The position numbers and the translations under genes were made by a program. The notes beneath the pieces were generated by a model. The model worked only from the letters and a program-made list of their open reading frames with translations. It did not search any database and was not told the DNA's origin. From an uncultured Burkholderiales bacterium (GTDB lineage: Bacteria; Pseudomonadota; Gammaproteobacteria; Burkholderiales; Burkholderiaceae_C), in contig CAIKYO010000183.1 in the NCBI GenBank assembly GCA_903831655.1, positions 19 to 64,018 of the forward strand: a stretch of 64,000 nt of DNA. Reading direction: 5' to 3'. How positions within the stretch are numbered: the first letter of the stretch is position 1; each line of letters starts with the position of its first letter. Shown here piece by piece: positions 30,265 through 36,456 of the stretch.

Positions 30265-31436
30265 TAAAGCCTCGAGCAAGTGCATTGAGCCTGAGTTTGT
30301 GGGACCGTTTTTGGATCACGCCAGCGCACCGAGAGCAATGGTATTTATCGCTGGCAAAGTTGGCCCGTGATGGGTTACCCTTGTTTGACTCGATACAAGG
30401 CATGCAGCGTGAAATGAGTTTGACCCGTCACCCGTTGGCGCCACTCTTGAGTTGTGTGCTCCTTGGGCTGAGGGGGGAGGCGAGGGAGGATCTATCTGGG
30501 TGGGGTCCTTTCCCACTTGATTTGATGAGCCCATCCAAAGCCAGTGATCCCAAGGGCAGGGGTGCGGATTTTCAACGTGGGCTGAGTGCTCGTGCGACCC
30601 TTGCGAGCCAACTGCAGGGGCTCGTGCCAGACAATGAGGCGATGCTGATTCAAGCTGGGGACGTGAGCGGCAAGCTTGCCTTGGGACTGGAGAATGCGGC
30701 CAAGCTCTTAGGTGCAAAGCAAGCGCTATATTTGACTTTGCAAGGCGCATTGATCAAACCACTCACGTATTTTGTCAGCTTGTGTGCTTTGTTGCTTTAC
30801 TTCTCATGGGTAATTTTTCCTCAGTTTGAGGCCGTGCTCCCCAAAGCCAATTGGTCAAGTGGCATGCTTGAGTTGGCTTGGGTGGCCGATCATGTGGTCA
30901 CGTTGATCTTGGTTTTTGTCGGAAACTTGGGTCTCCTCATGGCCTGGTTTTACTGGGCTTTGCCGGGACTCATTCACCCTTGGCGTGTGGTGTTGGATCG
31001 CCATTGTTTCCCCTTCAATGTTTACGCAACCCTGAGTGGATCTTATTTTCTAACGGCTTTGAGTGGATTCATTGATGCTGGGTTGCCGTTCTCCAATGCC
31101 GTTCAATCCATTCGTGCTTGTGCAAATCCCTATCTAACCCATCAGTGTGATCTCTTGTTGATGTCCCTCAAAAGAGGTCAAACACCCGCGCGAGCACTCA
31201 CCCAGATCTCCATCATCGCTCGCCCCTTTCATTGGTTGATATTGGTATATGCAATGTCCTTGGATTCATCTAAAGCGTATGTGGAGATGGCCCATCAAAT
31301 GCGCACCCAGGTTGAAAAATTGATGAAACTGGTATTTGGAGATGTGTTGGGTGGGTTGATGCTTGCTGGTGTTGGAGCTGCAGTCTATTGGATCTACGCC
31401 CAAATGATGACTGGCATGACCACAGTGTCTTTGTGA
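30261..31436 (+). CDS. pilR: Pilus inner membrane platform protein (GspF/PilC/PilR family)
   Basis: L...ARDGLPL.DS, E.MLI.AG..SG.L..GL, L.GFI.AG.PF..A; TM helices. Confidence 0.87.
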   Translation: MIKPRASALSLSLWDRFWITPAHREQWYLSLAKLARDGLPLFDSIQGMQREMSLTRHPLAPLLSCVLLGLRGEAREDLSGWGPFPLDLMSPSKASDPKGRGADFQRGLSARATLASQLQGLVPDNEAMLIQAGDVSGKLALGLENAAKLLGAKQALYLTLQGALIKPLTYFVSLCALLLYFSWVIFPQFEAVLPKANWSSGMLELAWVADHVVTLILVFVGNLGLLMAWFYWALPGLIHPWRVVLDRHCFPFNVYATLSGSYFLTALSGFIDAGLPFSNAVQSIRACANPYLTHQCDLLLMSLKRGQTPARALTQISIIARPFHWLILVYAMSLDSSKAYVEMAHQMRTQVEKLMKLVFGDVLGGLMLAGVGAAVYWIYAQMMTGMTTVSL

Positions 31437-31574
31437 TCTCTTGCCCGCTTGATCGATTCAAGGTGAGGGGTGTCTTCAATGGAGCAAAAAAAAGATCACT
31501 TAGGCTTGTTTTTTGAGAGCTTGAGGATGTGTATCGCAACCTACATTGAATCCTTCAATTTGAAGGATTAAAAA

Positions 31575-32180
31575 ATGAACACAGTACAAGTCTCAATGCA
31601 ATCCGAGAAATATACAAATGCAAGAGGATTCTCATTGATCGAGTTGATCGTCGTGTTGGCCATCATTGCGGCCAGTGTTGCGCTCATTTTGTCAAGGCAA
31701 AGCAGAGCCACAGAGAGCAGCAAAGCAAGCGACATGGTGCAGTCAATCACTTACTTGGCATCCAAGGTACAAAACTTTTATGCCAGCTCGGGCTCCTACG
31801 CAGGCTTGAATCCAAAGGTTGTGGGGCAAATGTCTTTGGTCAATCAACCCTTGAAGTGGGATGGGTCTTCCAGTATTTTGGATGCCTGGAACAATCCTTT
31901 GGGGGTGAGTGGAAATCAAACGGGGGCCTCACCAACCTTTGCCATCACCATTGGTGGAAGTGTCAATCCATTGAACAATGAGAGTTGTACCGCTATGGCG
32001 ACTGCTTTGGCCAGTGCAGCTGATGTTGTGGTGGTGGGGAGCACCAGCATCAATGTGACTGCTGGATTGGTTCCAGTCAGTGGCAATGTTTATAAAAGCA
32101 GTGCGGGTAGTTTGGATTTGACTCAATTGGCAACGGGATGCTCCTCGGGCAATCCGGTCATTGCGCTTCAATTGCATTGA
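31575..32180 (+). CDS. pilS: Major type IVb prepilin, PilS-like
   Basis: Class III signal ARG|FSLIELIVVLAII; 183-aa mature chain with YAGL, D.WNN and two C-terminal-half Cys; strong RBS (GAAGGA) after a 138-nt gap. Confidence 0.88.
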   Translation: MNTVQVSMQSEKYTNARGFSLIELIVVLAIIAASVALILSRQSRATESSKASDMVQSITYLASKVQNFYASSGSYAGLNPKVVGQMSLVNQPLKWDGSSSILDAWNNPLGVSGNQTGASPTFAITIGGSVNPLNNESCTAMATALASAADVVVVGSTSINVTAGLVPVSGNVYKSSAGSLDLTQLATGCSSGNPVIALQLH

Positions 32181-32185
32181 GCCCA

Positions 32186-33130
32186 ATGGAGAAAGGCATT
32201 CAATTCATTGCGTTTGTATGGGCCTGGATGGTTGTCAATGCCATGGCAACCTCCATTGTGGTGACACCCGGGAGCACAGCAAGTTACTTGTATTTCCCAC
32301 CAGCGAGTTCGAGCGCGAGCTCTGGCTCGAGCTCCAGCTCCTTTGGTGGCAACAACTCCACTGTAACTTTGGCCGGTGTTGGAGGCGTGAGTGTCACCAA
32401 GTCTGGGGCTTACACGTCTTACTCCATTGCGCAGAGTTCAACGGGGAGTGTTTGTGGTGTCGGTTGCACTTTGGCTCAATTCAATTCAGGCGCGGGTTTT
32501 GTGACCTTGACCACTTCTAGGCCAAGCACTTTCACAGATTCGAGTGGTACGGCACTGAACAATTGCACAGCTGTTCTCAGTTGCACGACCTGGATCAATA
32601 CCAACTCAAACGTGGCGTTGCGCGTGTACCCCAATTGCTTTGAAGGAGATTACCGATTGAATTACGCAAGCACTTGCACGACCGCACTGATACCGGTTGG
32701 GATCAATCAGTTCTATGCCACCAATCTCGTGGCGATGGGGACCTATGGTGGGGTGTATGCGGGAAATGTGTTGGTCTATCAGGTCACCCAAGCCTTGGCT
32801 GCTTGGGAGTCGCTCAACGACTTGTATGCACAAACCTACGCCGTGGTGTCTACGGGGAGTTCAGGCATCCAAAACAAAGCGAACATCTTGAACGTCTACA
32901 CCCATGGCTCCATCGAAGACACTTGTTCTGGTTTGGGCACGGGTTCGTATTTGCCCAGTGTGAACGAACTGGGTCAGTTTGTTGGTACCTTGCCGTTGAT
33001 GTTTTATTGGACATCTAACGATTCCAATCAAATTTATTCCATAGCCGAAGCTTCAAGCTCTGCTATTTCTACATTTCAAAAAACTACTCCTCTAGCTATT
33101 GTTTGTACACGCTATTACCCTCTTAACTGA
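32186..33130 (+). CDS. Secreted Ser/Thr/Gly-rich, 8-Cys protein; adhesin candidate with a C-type-lectin-like/DUF1566-like C-terminus
   Basis: Sec signal ending AMA|T; C-terminal DTCSGLGTGSYLPSVNEL...YWTS...IVCTR. Start moved to 32186, 5 nt after pilS. Confidence 0.6.
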   Translation: MEKGIQFIAFVWAWMVVNAMATSIVVTPGSTASYLYFPPASSSASSGSSSSSFGGNNSTVTLAGVGGVSVTKSGAYTSYSIAQSSTGSVCGVGCTLAQFNSGAGFVTLTTSRPSTFTDSSGTALNNCTAVLSCTTWINTNSNVALRVYPNCFEGDYRLNYASTCTTALIPVGINQFYATNLVAMGTYGGVYAGNVLVYQVTQALAAWESLNDLYAQTYAVVSTGSSGIQNKANILNVYTHGSIEDTCSGLGTGSYLPSVNELGQFVGTLPLMFYWTSNDSNQIYSIAEASSSAISTFQKTTPLAIVCTRYYPLN

Positions 33131-33142
33131 TCAATTATCAAC

Positions 33143-33601
33143 ATGCAACTCTGGATATTGGCTTTTGGATTGTTGATCGGTTGGGTTGGGATGCAGCGCG
33201 ATTTGAACTGGGTGATGTCAAGGCAAGCGCAAAAGGTGAGTTTGGCTGCAAGTGAGGTTGATGACTACCGTTTGTTCCTTTTTGCAGCCAGCCAGTACTT
33301 GGCCAATTTCAATGGTGGGGCCGGGGAGTTAACTTGGGCTGACCTCTCGAACTCAGATGCCATGCCCGCGGCTTTGAGAGCACACGTGTATTCGTCTTTA
33401 TGGCGAGTGGTCGTCTTGCCAGATGGGTCTTGGGTGGTTTGCTCTCCAATGGGTGAGCGAGCACTTGGTATGCAGTCTCAGTTCATGAGTGCTCACGGCC
33501 TGACTTGGTTGCCCATCGACCCATCCCTTAAAAATCAAGCCACTGGAGCTCAATTGCGTTACATGGATCACTCAAGCGAAAGCCAAGGATTGTGCAGATG
33601 A
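33143..33601 (+). CDS. pilM: Type IVb pilus biogenesis protein PilM
   Basis: N-terminal hydrophobic anchor, A.QYL..F.GG.GEL.W.DL; size and position typical of pilM next to pilV. Confidence 0.62.
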   Translation: MQLWILAFGLLIGWVGMQRDLNWVMSRQAQKVSLAASEVDDYRLFLFAASQYLANFNGGAGELTWADLSNSDAMPAALRAHVYSSLWRVVVLPDGSWVVCSPMGERALGMQSQFMSAHGLTWLPIDPSLKNQATGAQLRYMDHSSESQGLCR

Positions 33602-34311
33602 TGCGCTCCTCAGCGTATGTACCCGAGCTTCAATTGCGTCGAATTGCTCGCAACCATGGATTTGCAATGATGGAGTTGATGATTGGCTTATCCATGTTGG
33701 CGCTCCTTGTCTTAGGGGGTGTTGAAATGGGTGCGCGTGTGCAGCGTCTGAACGCTGCTCACGAGGACGCCGAAGCAATGGCCTCATTCTCTCAATTGGT
33801 AGGGCAGTATTGGGTTGCCAATCGAGCGGCCATAGAGCTTGTGATGTCTGGGCAGTCTCAAGTGGGCAGTGTCTATTGTGCAACCAATGTCTCCCTTGAT
33901 GGACTCAGCCTCACCCCCAGCTTTGATACCCTTAAACACACCTGTGTGATTGACTCAACGCTTTTGCAAGCGAAAGGCCTTTGGCCTCAGAGCATGCCCA
34001 CACAAAGGGCCAATAATCGGTGGGTGGCGGCATTTAGGCAAATCACAAATTTGAATGAGGTCACTGGAGCGGACGAGGTTTTTATGTTCATGTCCCCCTT
34101 GCAAAACGGTCAATTGATGACCCAAGGCGAAGTGAAGATCAATCTCCCTTTGCAAGCCTATGTGGAGCAGTTTCAAGCCAGCATGTCCGAGCTCGGTGGC
34201 ATGGGTGGCTTTGTGCCGCCCTTGCAAACCGTTGGGAACTGTTTGTACACCAGTGCGGTCCAACAAGCTTGTGGGCGAGAGTGGCGTGTTGCGATCTCGG
34301 ATTTTTTGTGA
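33592..34311 (+). CDS. Minor prepilin, PilV/Shufflon_N-like (short, no variable C-terminal domain)
   Basis: Class III signal NHG|FAMMELMIGL; A.QYW..N, L..KGLWP, GGMGGFV. Confidence 0.65.
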   Translation: MQMMRSSAYVPELQLRRIARNHGFAMMELMIGLSMLALLVLGGVEMGARVQRLNAAHEDAEAMASFSQLVGQYWVANRAAIELVMSGQSQVGSVYCATNVSLDGLSLTPSFDTLKHTCVIDSTLLQAKGLWPQSMPTQRANNRWVAAFRQITNLNEVTGADEVFMFMSPLQNGQLMTQGEVKINLPLQAYVEQFQASMSELGGMGGFVPPLQTVGNCLYTSAVQQACGREWRVAISDFL

Positions 34312-34343
34312 TCCATTTTTTACCTGTCGCACCCAGAAGCAGA

Positions 34344-34377
34344 AACCCCACTCAACAAACCAATGTTGAATGGGGTT
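34344..34377. terminator. Hairpin between the convergent pilV-like and Ala-rich genes
   Basis: 14-bp arms aaccccactcaaca/tgttgaatggggtt with one mismatch (G-U on the minus strand). Confidence 0.6.
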
Positions 34378-34392
34378 CAGGCTGGGGACGTG

Positions 34393-34800
34393 TTATTTGA
34401 TCAACACGCTTGACTTGGCGCTGGGGGTTGAGGTGTGAGTTGCCCCCTTCAGAGCACTGGCGTGCTGAAGACTAGCGTGTTTGTTTTCACTCACGTTGTG
34501 TGTTTTCTTGGACTTGGCGTCCTCCGCGTGTGCTGACCCCTTGGCTGAAGCAGCTGCGGGAGCTGCAGAAGCGGTGGATGCTGGTGTTGTGCCTTTTTGA
34601 GCACTCGCGACAGAGGCACTAGCCATGGCTGGTGCTGACGCTTTGGCAGTGCTCGGTGCAGCATCAGGGGTAGCTGCATGGCTCAAGCCACTCGCGCCCA
34701 AAGCCAGGGCAAGTGTTGAGACAGCGAACAATTTGGTTACATTGGTTTTGAGTGTGTTTGCGTTTTTCATATCTTGCATCCTTTGAGTAGTTGGAGTCAT
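34393..34800 (-). CDS. Small secreted Ala/Ser/Lys-rich low-complexity protein
   Basis: Signal peptide ending SHA|A; ASTASAAPAAASAK-type repeats. The true start may be MKNAN (AAGGA upstream). Confidence 0.7.
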   Translation of the reverse strand: MTPTTQRMQDMKNANTLKTNVTKLFAVSTLALALGASGLSHAATPDAAPSTAKASAPAMASASVASAQKGTTPASTASAAPAAASAKGSAHAEDAKSKKTHNVSENKHASLQHASALKGATHTSTPSAKSSVLIK

Positions 34801-34804
34801 TTGT

Positions 34805-34890
34805 CTTCATAAAAAGTTTATGAAGTACTCCTAAAACGATCTCGAGTTGAGGTCTGTTGACGAAGATATTTATTTATTTTGGTCAACAGA
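34805..34890. promoter_or_regulatory. Two perfect 9-bp inverted repeats upstream of the Ala-rich gene
   Basis: cttcataaa-N3-tttatgaag (34805-34825) and tctgttgac-N20-gtcaacaga (34853-34890) in AT-rich intergenic DNA. Confidence 0.5.
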
Positions 34891-35287
34891 TTTAAATGGT
34901 TTTGCGTTGATGCGAGTTCATTGAATTTCACCATTTCATTTTTTTTCGATAAATTAATATTATTTTGATAAGTTAGTGGTGTGCTTGCTCGTACCCATCC
35001 AAGTTGATGCCTGAACTTGAGAATGCAGCAATATGTTGCAGTGCACCATATTTATTGGGGGTTCGTTGTGTGTTGGGGGTGAATTATTTTGTGTATTTTT
35101 GATGAAATTGCCCAATTGTTTTAGGGTTTCCACTTACCATTTTGATTATTTCTTTTAAAATGAAATTCGTGGCCACCCCGTTGATTACAAAGTTCGAGTA
35201 GGTGTTTTGTAAGTGGTGGAATTGAATTGCAAGATACGTGTACTCTCATGAGTTGCACCGCATCAAGAATGTTTTTTCGGAGACCCA

Positions 35288-35722
35288 ATGCTGTATTCAA
35301 GTTCAAATGAACAGGTTGTGGATCGGCACGAGTGCGAGCACATGCTCTCAAGCTTGGGCAGAAGCCATGAGTTCATCTCGTTCATGGATCTACACCTACC
35401 TCAATTGATGCAAAGGCTCGGAGCTTTGAACGCTCGCATCGATTTATTGCATCAAGTCCTCAGAGTTGATTTGGACTACTATTTGAATTTCACTGCCTCA
35501 ACACACAAATCCTCTCACCAGTGGAGCGTGCTTTTGAGTTCTTTGGATGCGGTGTTCATCTTGAACGCTTTTGGCAAATGCTACTCAGCCACCAATGCGG
35601 CTCAGTTGTTGGAGTTGATTTGGAATGCGCTCTCTAGCGAGATCAACGCCAACGCCTCCATTTCGCACAAGACACCTTGGTCAGGTAACCCAGGTGCAGG
35701 GCACAGTTTTTCCCCAATTTGA
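35288..35722 (+). CDS. Hypothetical helical protein, possibly a degenerate Hpt-like domain
   Basis: VVDR...EHML..LG...FI.F...LPQLM.RL and SHQW...SSLDA..I spacing resemble Hpt, but the HxLKG lysine-glycine is absent. Confidence 0.4.
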   Translation: MLYSSSNEQVVDRHECEHMLSSLGRSHEFISFMDLHLPQLMQRLGALNARIDLLHQVLRVDLDYYLNFTASTHKSSHQWSVLLSSLDAVFILNAFGKCYSATNAAQLLELIWNALSSEINANASISHKTPWSGNPGAGHSFSPI

Positions 35723-35964
35723 TTCTCACCCTCTGTAAGCCTGGCACTTTACGCGCCTGGTCCAATCAGGGCTAAAAGTGATTGATTGGGACTATAAAGC
35801 CCCATTCTGTCGTCTTGGCTCAAGTCACCTTAAAATATGGTTTGTCGCTTTTGACAGACTTCATCTCCCCATGTCCTCAAAGTCAACCCTTTTTAGGCGT
35901 TAGAGGGATCGTCCACGTTTAAAAGCTTGTTTCTTTGTGAAAAATCTTAAAAGAGCCCCGTTGC

Positions 35965-36456
35965 ATGAAAGTTAACCTTCAAATCAACTCAGTTCCCCAC
36001 AGCTTTGATGTGCCTGAGCGCACGACACTGGTGGAGCTGATTCGCGAGCATTGCCACTTGACAGGCACCCACATGGGGTGCGACACAAGTCAATGTGGTT
36101 GCTGCACCGTGCTCATGGATGGTCATGCGATCAAGTCTTGTTCTATCTTGGCTGCACAAGCACAAGACACACATATCACCACCATTGAGGTATTGGCCAA
36201 GCCCAATGAAGAACCCAATTTGGCGCTTCACCCAGTGCAAAAAGCTTTCTCTGAATGCCACGCTTTGCAGTGCGGTTTCTGTACCCCAGGCATGATCATG
36301 TCAAGTGTTGACTTGCTCAATAAAAACGCCAACCCAAGCGACGAAGAAATCATCGAAGCTTTGGAGGGAAACCTTTGCCGCTGCACCGGTTACATCAACA
36401 TCGTGAGTGCGGTCAAAACAGCAGCACAAATCATGCGAGAGGAGTCTGTGCAATGA
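35965..36456 (+). CDS. (2Fe-2S)-binding small subunit of a xanthine dehydrogenase/CO dehydrogenase family enzyme (CoxS-like)
   Basis: GCDTSQCGCCT, QCGFCTPG, NLCRCTGY. Confidence 0.93.
   Translation: MKVNLQINSVPHSFDVPERTTLVELIREHCHLTGTHMGCDTSQCGCCTVLMDGHAIKSCSILAAQAQDTHITTIEVLAKPNEEPNLALHPVQKAFSECHALQCGFCTPGMIMSSVDLLNKNANPSDEEIIEALEGNLCRCTGYINIVSAVKTAAQIMREESVQ

Larger units (their letters stand above)
20057..34311 (+). other. 13-gene hybrid operon: T4SS core (virB8-9-10) plus type IVb pilus biogenesis genes
   Basis: All genes are on the + strand. Every junction from virB8 to pilR overlaps (4-20 nt, mostly ATGA). Bounded by terminator hairpins at 19916 and 34344. Confidence 0.85.

Noticed and set aside
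20057-34311. Calling the region an ICE or integrated conjugative plasmid
   Set aside because: No integrase, relaxase, coupling protein, VirB4, oriT-like structure, tRNA or att repeat is visible in the window. An ancestral origin from such an element remains possible.
35121-35351. 76-aa minus-strand ORF in the AT-rich spacer
   Set aside because: No RBS or family motif, and it overlaps the start of the plus-strand gene.
35742-35757. Sigma-54-like TGGCAC upstream of coxS
   Set aside because: No correctly spaced TTGC -12 element.
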